From Octopus sinensis (lineage: Eukaryota): DNA of 64,000 nucleotides. Below are positions 52,773 through 64,000 of the stretch, piece by piece. The notes under the pieces were generated by a model. It did not search any database. It saw only the letters and a list, made by a program, of their open reading frames with translations, and was not told the DNA's origin. Made by a program: the position numbers and the translations under genes. The DNA is taken from the NCBI RefSeq assembly GCF_006345805.1, contig NC_043004.1, positions 28,148,001-28,212,000 of the forward strand, in the 5' to 3' direction. The first letter of the stretch is position 1. The number at the start of each line of letters is the position of its first letter.

Positions 52773-53722
52773 CAGCTAGTTATCTATGAATGTTTTGATC
52801 CTACATGAGAGGAGGACACTAAAGGTGTGTATATTTTGGTGGAAGCTGAATGTTATATCATAACCAACAACCAGGTTGTCCATCCATCCATCCATCGATC
52901 CATCCATCCCTCTATCCTTGCATACATAAATACATCAATACATTTCTATGTATTTTTATATACACTCATACACATGCATACACACCTTAGAGTTCTGTGA
53001 TAGAAATAAGGACATTAAGACATCGTTGAAGTAAATATCCGTATTTTTTAACTCCGTGTGTGTGTGTATGTGTGTGTGGGTGTTTGTTTGTGCTTCTGTG
53101 TGTGTGTGTGTGCGCGCGAATGTTCACGTCCGTAAATGTGTATTAGTGTATATATGTGTAGATGTTAAGGTTAGGGACCAGGAAGTTGTTTAGTTTCCGC
53201 TTAGATAGATATTACAGCCGAATTCTCTTGAGGTGGTAATTTGTTGTTATTGTGGGTGATTTTTTTGGCCCAAGGATAGTTCTAATCAAAATATTCTATG
53301 CTTGCCATACAGACATAACGAAACTGTGTTATATTCAGATAGCGTTTGAAGAAAACATCATACAATGTGTCCTTCCACTCTTAAACTGCTAAGATGTGAT
53401 TTAATGTAAATTTGGATACTATTTCTAGCAAGTGTAAAAACCATGTACAATTTCCTTCGATTGGTGAAAGTCTATAATAAATTGTTAGTAGTATGGCTCC
53501 TCTCCGTTCATAAACTATAATTCACAAGATTATTTAGATAAGGGAAGCAAACGGAGTATCCTAACTTATACAACACGGTTTTACTATATTTGTTTACATC
53601 GTAGAATAGTATATGGAGTATCTCATATGACAATTACTATAGGAATTATTCTGTAGCATAGAGTGGTGGGTGATCATATACATACATAGATACATACATA
53701 CACACACACATATATATATATA

Positions 53723-54027
53723 GTGAAGGCGCGTGGTTTAGTGGTTAGGGTATTCGGCTCAGGATCGTAAGGTCGTGAGTTCAGTTCCCGGCGAAGCATT
53801 GTGTCCTTGAGCAACACTTTATTTCATGTTTCTCCAGCTCAGTCAGCTGGCAAAAATGAGTAGTACCTGTATTTTAAAGGGCCAGACTTGCCACGCTGAA
53901 TCTCCCCAAGAACTACGTTAATGGTACACGTGTCTGTGGATTGGTCAACCATTTGCACATTAATTTCACGAGCAAGCTGTTCCGTTGATCGTATCAGCTG
54001 GGACCCTCGTCGTCGTAACCGACGGAG

Positions 54028-54030
<3 letters not shown>
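53723..54030 (+). mobile_element. SINE family C variant (tRNA-like head)
   Basis: GAAGGCGCGTGGTTTAGTGGTTAGGG..GTGAGTTCAGTTCCCGG (A- and B-box-like). Confidence 0.8.
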
Positions 54031-54065
<35 letters not shown>

Positions 54066-54208
54066 TATAATATATATATATGTAACAGAAATCTATCGCA
54101 TTACACTTGTTACAAATGGTATCCAAATTTACATTAAATCACGTCTTACCAGTATAAGAGAGAAAGGAAAACATTGTCTGACACAGATTTTGCCGCTTAA
54201 TATTTAAG

Positions 54209-54454
54209 AAGTTGATCGAATAACAGGAATACTAATCGTCGAAATAGATGGCTATGCATTTGTGGGTGTATTTTCCTATCAAAGATTAGCAAGGCAGAGA
54301 CGAGCAACGTGCATGACACTTGATATAAAACGGCTTCCGTCACTGGACGAAGGGCGTTATCCTTAATTTGGACACGTGGTCCTAAATTTTTCATCAGCGT
54401 AAATTCTGATGAAAGCACCTCTCGGACATCTGTTGGGACTAAACAGCAGAATAT
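54209..54454 (+). pseudogene. Candidate exon 6 with in-frame stops: (E)VDRITGILIV..LDEGRYP*FGHVVLNFSSA*ILMKAPLGHLLGLNSRI
   Basis: Acceptor TTAATATTTAAG| with phase 1 matching exon 5; TAA at 54364-66 and 54400-02; 3' end uncertain (donor at 54399 or 54455). Confidence 0.5.
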
Positions 54455-54683
54455 GTATTCATCTCTCTCTTTCTCTCTCTCCCTCCGCCCTCTCTCTCTC
54501 ATTACATACATGTATATACACAGAAACAAAGATACATGTTTACACACACACACACACATAAAGATTCTTTATGCGAATTCGTGTGGTGAAGCATATTTTG
54601 TGTCTGGGGTTAGTCATTCTGTTTTAATGCCTTATCAATTAAGACACCGGTTCGATTTCCCCTCATTTACTTTATATATATAT

Positions 54684-54715
<32 letters not shown>

Positions 54716-54819
54716 AAAACAAAAGACGAAGACAGGTGTGTAAACAACAAAAATAATGTAGTATACACACACACATATATACATTTGTGTGTGTGTGTGT
54801 GTATTATCTTTTGCATTTT

Positions 54820-55145
54820 TCAATCAGTAGACTACGGCCATGCAGGATTTTAGTCGAGCGAATTGGTCCCAGTCCTCTTTCCCCTAACTTCGGATGTTAA
54901 GCAGTGGCGGAGTGAAACGCAGGCACAAAGAAACACTCACACACATACACAAAAAAACGCACGCGCGCACATCCCACCCCCACCTCAACACACATATACA
55001 CACAAACATACATGTACACATACACGATGAGCTTCTTTCAGTTTCCGTCTGCCAGATTGTCTGAGTTTGGTCGGCCCGAGGCGAAAGTAGAAAACACTCT
55101 CGCCAGGTGTTCCGGGGTCGTACTGAAACCAGCACCGTGTAGGTC
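54820..55145 (-). mobile_element. Degenerate SINE family B
   Basis: CTTTCAGTTTCCGTCT..GGTCGGCCCGAGGC motifs. Confidence 0.7.
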
Positions 55146-55666
55146 CCATTATGAAACTCTTTGCATAATTTTCAACAATTCAGTATCCTTAATTGTATAA
55201 ATATGATGGTTTGTGTACAAGAAGCTCTCAGTAGGCGTAATGAAAAATTGAAGCAGATGTTTTGAATGTTTATAAAAATTAATATTGGCATGTTGTTTCT
55301 ACACTACTTTAAACATTGGCTATTGTATCGACATCATAAACGTAAACTGATGTAGCCACAGATTGTAAATAAATTGATCAATGTCGAATAATGTAAAGTG
55401 TGTTCATGATTGAGGAATCCGTAACCTTGGTGATTTTAAATATAGTCATCAGTAAATATATAAACCATGTCACCCGGGGTTGATAAATAAAGTACCAGTT
55501 TCGCACTGGGTCGATGTAATCGACTTAATCCTTTTGTTTGTCCCCTCTATGTTTAGCCCCTTGTGGTTAGTAAAGAAATATATATATGGGTGAATCGCTT
55601 GAACTATAGATGGGCACCCGATATATCATTCTCGTTTTGGTTTTGTATAGAATGAAGTTGATATAT

Positions 55667-55732
<66 letters not shown>

Positions 55733-55880
55733 CTATATTATATGTATATACACACACACACACATAATTCAATATGCTTCTTTGTATGTATGTATGCATA
55801 CATGTATGCATGCATGTATGTATGTATATATATATATATCTATATATATATATATATAATATATATATATATACACACAC

Positions 55881-56215
55881 GAAGGTGCATGGCTCAGTGG
55901 TTAGAGCGTCGAGCTTACGATTGTGAAGTTGCGAGCTCGAATCCCGGACCAGGCTTGTTTTGTGTTCTTGAGCAAGACACTTTATTCTTTATTTCACGTT
56001 GCTCCAGTCCACTCAGCTGTAGAAATGGGTTGCGACGTCACAGGTGCCAAGCTGTATCGGCCGTTGCCTTTCCCTTGGATAACACTGGTGACGTGGAGAG
56101 GGGAGGCTGGCATGCATGGGCGACTGCTGGTCTTCCAACCTACCCCGTATTTGTGCCTGGTAGGGTAACTTTCTAGGTGCAATACCATGGTCTATGTTTT
56201 GACCGAATGGGGTCT
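55881..56215 (+). mobile_element. SINE family C, full length
   Basis: GAAGGTGCATGGCTCAGTGGTTAGAGCG..GCTCGAATCCCGG tRNA-like head; CTTGAGCAAGACACTTTAT body. Confidence 0.85.
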
Positions 56216-56416
56216 CAGATTTATATACACATATACATAAGTATATTTACATATACGTGTATAAATATGCATACATATAAGCATGAATATATATATATAT
56301 ATTTATTTACATGCGTATTGTATTTATTCACACTCAATTTTAAAACTTGAAATTTAACGGTGTGACTATTGACATACTTGTGTGAACCACTTGTCATGCA
56401 ACATGTTTGTGAGTGT

Positions 56417-56790
56417 GGCGGCGAGCTGGCAGAAACGTTAGCACGCCGGGCGAAAAGCGTAGCCGTATTCCGTCTGCCGATACGTTCTGGGTTCAAATTC
56501 CGCCGAGGTCAACTTTGCTTTTCATCCTTTCGGGGTCAATAAACTAAGTACCAGTTACGCACTGGGGTCGATATAATCCGTTTGTCCTTGTTTGTCCTCT
56601 CTATGTTTAGTCCCTGATGGGTTGTAAAGAAATAGGTATTTCGTCTGTCTTTACGTTCTGAGTTCAAATTCCACTGTAGTCGACTTTGCTTTTCGAGGTC
56701 GATAATTCAAGTACCAGTTGCATACTGGATCGATCAAATTGACTGAACCTCTCTCCAAAAATTTCAGGCCTTGTGCCTAGAGTAGAAAAG
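56417..56790 (+). mobile_element. SINE family A with duplicated core
   Basis: GGCGGCGAGCTGGCAGAAACGTTAGCACG head and two cores. Confidence 0.85.
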
Positions 56791-56934
56791 AATATGTTTG
56801 TGTGTGTGTATGTATGTGGGTACGCATGTGTGTGTATGTGTATGTGTGTATGTATGTGGGTACACATGTGTGTGTATGTGTATGTGTGTATGTGTATGTT
56901 AGGCAGCATATATATTATATATAAATATATATAT

Positions 56935-57380
56935 ATGTATGTATGTTTATGTATTTTATGTCTTTGCGTATATGTTTGTATGTATCTATATATACATATA
57001 GGTACACACATATATGTGTATATATATGTGAATATTTATATAAGTATGTATGTGTATACGTCACTAAAGTGGCTAAGGGCACTAGTTAGCATTGTTAGAA
57101 ATAAGAGTTAAAACAACTCATAACCACAGGAAGCACCTAAGGTGATTATATATATATATAATATATATATATGTATGTATGTTTATGTATTTTATGTCTT
57201 TGCGTATATGTTTGTATGTATCTATATATACATATAGGTACACACATATATGTGTATATATATGTGAATATTTATATAAGTATGTATGTGTATACGTCAC
57301 TAAAGTGGCTAAGGGCACTAGTTAGCATTGTTAGAAATAAGAGTTAAAACAACTCATAACCACAGGAAGCACCTAAGGTG

Positions 57381-57390
<10 letters not shown>
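56935..57390. repeat. Tandem duplication, period ~236 bp, with (TA)n at the junctions
   Basis: TCACTAAAGTGGCTAAGGG..CACCTAAGGTGATT at 57061 and 57297. Confidence 0.85.
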
Positions 57391-57431
<41 letters not shown>

Positions 57432-57433
<2 letters not shown>

Positions 57434-57862
57434 TGGCTGTGAGGTAAGTAGCTTGCTTTTGAACCACATGGTTACGGGTTCAGTCCTACTGCATAGCACC
57501 TTGGGAAAGTGTCTTCTACTATAGCCTCGGGCAGACCAAAACCTTGTGAGTGGATTTGGTAGACAGAAACTGAAAAGAAGCCCGTCGTATATATGTATAA
57601 ATATATATATGTGTGTGTGTGTTCGTGTGTATGCGTTTGTGTGTATGCGTTTGTGTGTCTGTGTTTCTCCGCCCAACATCGCTTGACAACCGATACTGCT
57701 GTGTTTACGTCCCCGTAACTTAGCGGTTCGGCAAAAGAGAGCGATAGAATAAGTACTAGGCTTACAAAGAAGAAGTCCTTGGGTCGATTTGCTCGACTAA
57801 AGGCGGTGCTCCAGCATGGCCACAGTCAAATGACTGAAACAAGTAAAAGAGTAAGAGTAAGT
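57432..57862 (+). mobile_element. SINE family B
   Basis: GTGGCTGTGAGGTAAGTAGCTTGC head and AAGTAAAAGAGT tail. Confidence 0.85.
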
Positions 57863-58599
57863 GTATGTATACGTTCGCACGCGAGCGTATGTTTTGTGTC
57901 TTAGTGTGCGTGCGTTCTATGTGTGCGCGTGTGCCTATGTGTGTGCGCGCCTGTTTGTTCGTGTGTGTATAGGTGTACTCGTGGTGTACTCATAGTGTTA
58001 CAAGTATTATTTCAGTAAACAGCTGGTATCGTTTTAATTTGATCATCAAAATTATCATGATGGTAGTTAATTAAAAGACATTCCTTTTCCATGTACTTTT
58101 TAATATTATTTAATTCTCTAAGGTATTTCAGATAATTTCGAAATTAATTATTTGATTGATTCATTTTTGGAATGACTAATTAGAAGTCATTGAGGTCAAG
58201 TTGTACATGAAACATTTATAAGTGTTTCATGAATATAAAATAGAAGAATTTGCAAGAAACACTTTATTGGCATTAGTTGCTGTTTTTTGTTAATGAATTT
58301 GAACGAAAACCTGAATATATATTCACATATCACACAAGAAAACGTTTACAATTCCAAATTATGTTTTATTATTCCCTTATTAACCGTGTTATTCCAGGTA
58401 TTGTCTCAATGAAATCTTTTATATTGCATAATTTGACGAAGAACATTTGATCGCTACTTAGCGGTGTAAATAGTTTATGTTTTATTAATGTAGCCTAATT
58501 AAATCTAAGTATAAGTTCCTTTAAATATTAAATTTGGGGCTTCATAAATTTAGTTTTAAGCTGTATTAATATTATAAAGCTTACATGTTACTTTAGTTA

Positions 58600-59830
58600 G
58601 CAGAGACTCATTTTTAGGTTTGGTGAGAAGATTCCTCAAATATCAAGAATCTTTCTTCTGTATTCTTACAGAATACAGGATTGCACATTTCTACAGGTCG
58701 ATAATGCGTATCTCAAATCCAGTATCCTTTCGTCTTTTAGGTGGCCCTTTGCATGTTGTACCAAATGCTCCAATTACCGCAGGAACAATTGTCACCTTTG
58801 TCTTCCACACCCACTTCATCTCACTGGCAATTTCTCAATTTTCTCAATTCCTTGAGTATTTACTCTGTTATCATGCAGCATTGCAAAATCTGTGATTGTA
58901 CACTCTTCTTTTGTTGTTCTTTTTTGTTTGTCTTCTACGATCATATCTGCTCTCCTTGCTTCAACAGCATGGTTAGACTTTATGGAGAAATCCTTATAAA
59001 AAAAAATCCTGTAAATACATTTCCCCACCATAACCTCTGGCTCGTATTCGTATGACTTTTCTGTCATTTTGAATCCACGAAATTGGCTTACCTCCCAAGC
59101 ACTCTATAGAAACACAGCCATACATCTGTCTATGCCCTTTTAGCAATAGCTTACTGCATTGATCGAATAGGTGGTTAATACTTTTGCCTCCTTTTCCACA
59201 GATTCTGCGTTTGCTCTCGGATTAAGTTTTGCCAATTTTAATGTTTTTTATCAAATTCGTTTTGATGACCTGTTCCTGAGTGGTTACAATTAGCGATTCT
59301 ATTTCTCGGTTTAGGTTTCCATCTGTTAGCTACAACCAACGTCCTTTACTTCCAAATTCTTCAGTTTGTTGCATGAATTGGCCATGTAATATCTTCTTTT
59401 CCGAGCTATTTGTTCCATCGTTCTTCATGCTATTCTTAAAATCTCCTGTTATTTTTGTGACTTTTGCGATATTCCTTACCACAGGCAACATTAATTCTTC
59501 ACGATACTAATAATGCAGCTTCCTGCTTCTTCTCACTGATTCTTGTAGCTCTGTCTTAATGCATATTAGCGAAGGGGCTGAGTATCTTGATACTAGCACG
59601 ACTCATGTTATCATTGCTTTGATAATATTTCTTCCGTTTAGTTTCGTTTCATGCACCGTCCCTAATCCTTCTTTTGTACGCTTTGAATAATTTCTTTCTC
59701 ATTTTTCTTTCTGTTATTCCATCTTAGTACTTGTATCCTTCATTTATTTGTCCGCAATCTAATGATAACATTTTTATACTATTAGATGTAATCTTTTAGG
59801 CTTCTCTATACAATTAATACTTATTTACCC
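58600..59830 (-). mobile_element. R4/Dong-like LINE 3' part (REL endonuclease), decayed
   Basis: DFSIKSNHAVEARRADMIVEDK..CTITDFAMLHD.RV...IEKIEK; IVPAVIGAFG; LQ.SAILYS..I. Confidence 0.8.
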
Positions 59831-60789
59831 GATAACATGTCAACCTGAGAGAAATTGGGACATCAAGAAATCATTGAATTATTTGTCCTTCATTTTCTAA
59901 CTACCATGAGTGTGGTGTGGTATGGTGGTATGGTGGTATGGTGGTGGTATGGTGGTGGTGGTGTGTGTGTTTGTGTGAGTAGAATCAATACCAAACAATG
60001 TGGATCAATGTATAAATATTTATCATTCACTTTCAGCTGAAAATCTCCAATATTCCAATAATTGTAAAAAGAAAATCCTATGAACCAGGAACCAGCAATA
60101 TCCTACTAAAAAGTTATCGGGACAGGCTCTAAGGGTGTCTGATAATCATAGAATTTTAGTATTTTTTCCTCATGACACTCACCAACTATTTATTGGTTTG
60201 GTAGTGAACGGTTATTCACGTGATCAATGCAGAAATGTGTATTCACTTACATGTAACGAAATAACTTTAAATTAACAAATTTAAACATTTGATAAAACCC
60301 TGAACTCCACAGTTGTTTTTGCTGCTTAGCCCCTGGCTGATGACGATCGAGCAAACACATGATCAAAATCGTTCCTGTCCTTGTTAGGGTTATCTCAGAT
60401 TACATTTTTAGGAGGCGGTGGGTTGTTATTTAATGCTATTTTTCGCAGGTCTGATATCTACATAGATACATCCTTGTGTTCAACGATAGTCAATATTTAC
60501 TTCAAATATATTTACAGAGAATAATCATTAGAGCTCGAGGCTCTCTAGAATATATGACATTTTAGTACCATTTCCATAAAACTGTTATTTCTCGGCTCCA
60601 ATCTTCAAGATAGAGTATAACATATCGACAATTGGCTGTTTTCTCTACAACATATATTAACTTCGAAATTTAGTAATATTTTAGAAACAATAAACTATAA
60701 TCTTATTTATAGTCGTATTTATTGGTATTAAATTAAAACATTTCATTTCAGAGCCACAGTTAGGAACATTAAAAGTTTAAAATTGAATA

Positions 60790-60985
60790 TTGATTTCAAA
60801 TTTTGGCACAAGGCTAGCAGTTTTGGGGGATAGTCCAAGTCGATTAAATTAACCTCAGTGCTCAGCTAGTACTTATTTTATTGGCACCGAAAGGATGAAA
60901 GGCAAAGTCAACCTCGGTGGAATTTGAACTCCAGAATGTAGAACCGAACGAAATGCCGCTAAGCATCTTTCCCGACGCGCTAGGT
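60790..60985 (-). mobile_element. SINE family A
   Basis: AAAGGATGAAAGGCAAAGTCAACCTCGGTGGAATTTGAAC core. Confidence 0.85.
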
Positions 60986-62045
60986 TTAAAATTAAATATC
61001 AACAGATATAAAATAATCAGGTGGAGCGAGTCCAATGATCGCAAATGTAGCTATGGGGATTAAGAATTTCTTTACGCAATCATCTGTTTTCAGATTTGAT
61101 TCTATTGCATAGGCAAATGTCTTCTAACGTTAGATTCAGGTCAACTTATACTTTACATGTACAATTTGGAAGCTGTACAAATGTCGACTAGCCTATTAGA
61201 TAATCGCAAGATTTAACAGCATTGCATGGTCCCTGAGGTAGATTTACTAGAGTTCACACTGTTATTAGTACTCAAAGTCTCTGTTGTAAACTTAATATTT
61301 GAATGTTCGACCCATAATTAGTTTTCTTTCTCTCTTTCCCTCTACAGTTATCTCGGTGATGGTGATGGTGATGGTGGAGGTGGTGCTAGTTTCATAACTG
61401 CCCTTCTACTCTTTAATAAGTCGTATATTATAAAACTTCACAAAGAAAACAGATAGTAATGTCTTTGTTATATAGTTATTTATACAAATAGATAAAAAGC
61501 AGGGCATTATTAGAATCATTAGTGTATAGAAAAATTATGCTTTGCAATATTCCTAAAAGTTGTCATCCTGAGTTCGAATCCCACTGAAGTCAACTTTACA
61601 TTTCATCTACTCGGCGTTGATAGAATAAAGTACTCGTCAAACAGTGTGGAGAATTTAATTGATTAATACCATCTTTCTGCTAGAAACGATATCTACACCA
61701 ACACCATTATTTTCATTGCTCTTTCCTAAACATTCCAAAATAAGTGAGTTCCTAGATCAATCATCTTTCTTCAGGACTTAACGTTGGACTCAATTTTTCC
61801 AACTTGCTACCTTCACGGTAGCAACCATCCATGACTACCCGTTGCAATGTCTATCAGCTACCGAAGTGATATTTACGTAAGTTGTCGGTGTTAATGATGT
61901 TTGTGTGTTTAGCTCTAAGCCACCCTTCATTGATCAAATACATACCCGCTATGGCTATCTCGTCTTTTATGTGCCCAATTTTGTTGTTTTATAGATAAAC
62001 ATTGATGGAAAAGTTGATAGGTAGTGTGAGCTATGTAGATTGTGG

Positions 62046-62482
62046 GGATCTTTTCGGTTTGAACGGCAGTTTTTTCTAGTGGTGTCATATGAAATTGTCA
62101 CCCTTAATTATGACCCTAGTATCGATCTATTGCATTTCAATCTGTTTTAGGGTTAGGGTTAGTTAGGATTAGTTAGGGTTAGGGGTGGGGCGAAGGGTAT
62201 CTTTTTTTCTTCACAAATGTAAATAAACCCAATCTTTTTCTTAAACGAGGGACATATTCACACGGCACAGAATGTTTTTACCTCAATAGACGTCATTGAT
62301 TGGTTGAAATTGCAGAAATTGAAGAAAAAAAACAAACAAATATCTTACAAACTATAGAATTTTCTCAATAAAGCCAAGAGAAAAAGATGTTTATAAATAC
62401 ATTCTACCAGTATACGAAGTTTAAAAGTGTTTAGTTACGTGGAAATTATTTTTAAAAACTGCCGTTCAAACCGAAAAGATCC
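62046..62482. mobile_element. Merlin-like MITE (437 bp) carrying TTAGGG-like repeats
   Basis: Perfect 29-bp TIRs starting GG (GGATCTTTTCGGTTTGAACGGCAGTTTTT); perfect 8-bp TSD GATTGTGG. The superfamily call is inferred from the GG termini and 8-bp TSD. Confidence 0.85.
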
Positions 62483-63280
62483 GATTGTGGTCTAAATCAA
62501 TTTCGGTCATCTGTAGTTTTACAATAGCAACTGTTTCACTTGGTGTCGTGACAAACATCGTTGTATTGTCTTTCCTATTATAAAGATTATTGTTAAAGTA
62601 GACAATGGTGATGAATAAACCAACCAGTTCCTGAATGTGACTTGTTATCTTCACACGAGCTTTGAAAGTCAGTTATACACGAAACGTATAGTGGCTTAGT
62701 TTTCATTGAAATAACCTAAAACAATCTCAACAAAAATAACCTTATCATATCAAAACTAGATAGGTTGTCGTCTTTTGTTTATGTTTTACACACATGAAAG
62801 GAATACGCTTCTTGTTTGCCAAACAATAAATTATACATTACTTGTGATAATACATATCACAGTTGTTATTAAACGTAACAGAGAAACTTCATTTTCCCGA
62901 CCGACTTTACTACATGTAATTGTGGACTGTCTAGATAACAGCCCTTATAACATAATTTATTTATATTTCGTCTACATTTCTTAGAAATCTGACAATTGTC
63001 GATTGGAATACATGAATGCGTGAATAATTGAATTTATTTTTTTTTAAACACACGAGTCGCTGAATATCAATGTGTGTATGTGCATATATATACATACATA
63101 CATACATAAACAAAGTGTTCGTTTATGTGAAACTATATCTGTGTATACATATTTTGTGTGTGTGTGTGTGCGTGTGTATTCCATTTACTATGCTTGTCTA
63201 ACGTCTCAGGTTCAACTTAAGCACTTCTATGCAGTCTGTATCTTTCGTAAGAAAAATATAACTATACATATACAAATTAT

Positions 63281-63655
63281 GGGTGTTAAGTTCACATGTG
63301 ATCTAAACGATTAGGTACACTAGGTAGGTGCTGTAACTGATTACTGGAGCTCCAAGGTAGTTATGCAACAATTGCAGATTTTCGATGCAGCAGATATATA
63401 ATTGTTAAAGAGGACAACAAACGTTAAGGCAAAGCAAACATCTCAAGTCGTATACATTATTATTGTCATTGGAAAAAGTTCAAAGTCTTACAGTTGTTTC
63501 TGGCATATCTCCCAGTATAGGATTTGTCTCTGATGATGGAATATCCCAGAAACATCTGTAAGACTTTGAATTTTTTCCAATAATGATAATAATAATAATG
63601 TAGACGACTTGAGATGTTTGCCTTAATGTTTGTTGCCCTCTTTAACAGCTATATA
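63281..63655. mobile_element. Second copy of the Penelope-like fold-back element (centre deleted)
   Basis: Shares GTGATCTAAACGATTAGGTACACTAGGTA and TTAAGGCAA.GCAAACATCTCAAGT with 13466-14257; short inverted arms. Confidence 0.8.
63526..63564 (+). ncRNA. Minimal type I hammerhead ribozyme with an intact core
   Basis: GUCU CUGAUGA UGG-AAUAUC-CCA GAAA CA-UC-UGUA AGAC: 4-bp stem I, 3-bp stem II, GUA triplet. Confidence 0.65.
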
Positions 63656-64000
63656 TACATATATATGCATATTATGTAGGACGATATTCGAAATAAACCC
63701 AACCATAATTTTATTGTTTAAGTATTTTTTGTGCGTCTGAGAATTGTCTTAATATTAGAGTATTAAACATTAATAATTGCGATTTTGAGAGAAAAACGTC
63801 TCAACATTAGTTTTCATGATTTTCCAGCCCTTATTTTCTTCTTTTGAATACGCATCCTACCGAAACAATTTTATTTGTGACATTTTTCCCCGTTTTCGAA
63901 ATCCTCTTTGCAATGGTATCGATGAGTGTGTGTCTGTATGTGTGTGTGTGTTTAAGTGCGTGTGCGCGCGTTTATATATATATTGCGTTCCTGAAAGTTC

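Noticed and set aside
54197-54559. 120-aa minus-strand ORF
   Set aside because: It starts in microsatellite, has no recognisable motif and is antisense to the better-supported plus-strand exon.
53723-55960. tRNA-like sequences near 53723 and 55881
   Set aside because: They are SINE heads continuing into SINE bodies, without a complete cloverleaf.

Overview
AT-rich, microsatellite-dense animal genomic DNA with a 100-N scaffold gap. The tRNA-derived SINE families and repeat make-up point to an octopod cephalopod (inference). Most ORFs in the track are microsatellite artefacts. The window is mainly a transposon graveyard: R4/Dong-like, RTE and Tx1/L1 LINE fragments, Chapaev3 (CMC), rosa-type Tc1/mariner, Helitrons, a hAT MITE, a Merlin-like MITE and three SINE families. 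Two signals are absent from the ORF track. (1) A phase-consistent, GT-AG, six-exon plus-strand gene model (15451-54454) includes an 11-nt microexon and a 31-kb intron. It encodes a signal-peptide protein resembling the amino-terminal (ANF_receptor/PBP-I) domain of ionotropic glutamate-type receptors and is interrupted by in-frame stops. (2) Several type I hammerhead ribozyme motifs lie in Penelope-like repeats. They include a ~595-bp tandem array with one hammerhead per full unit (retrozyme-like) and three fold-back elements with hammerhead motifs in both arms. All family assignments come from motifs recognised by eye, with no database searches.
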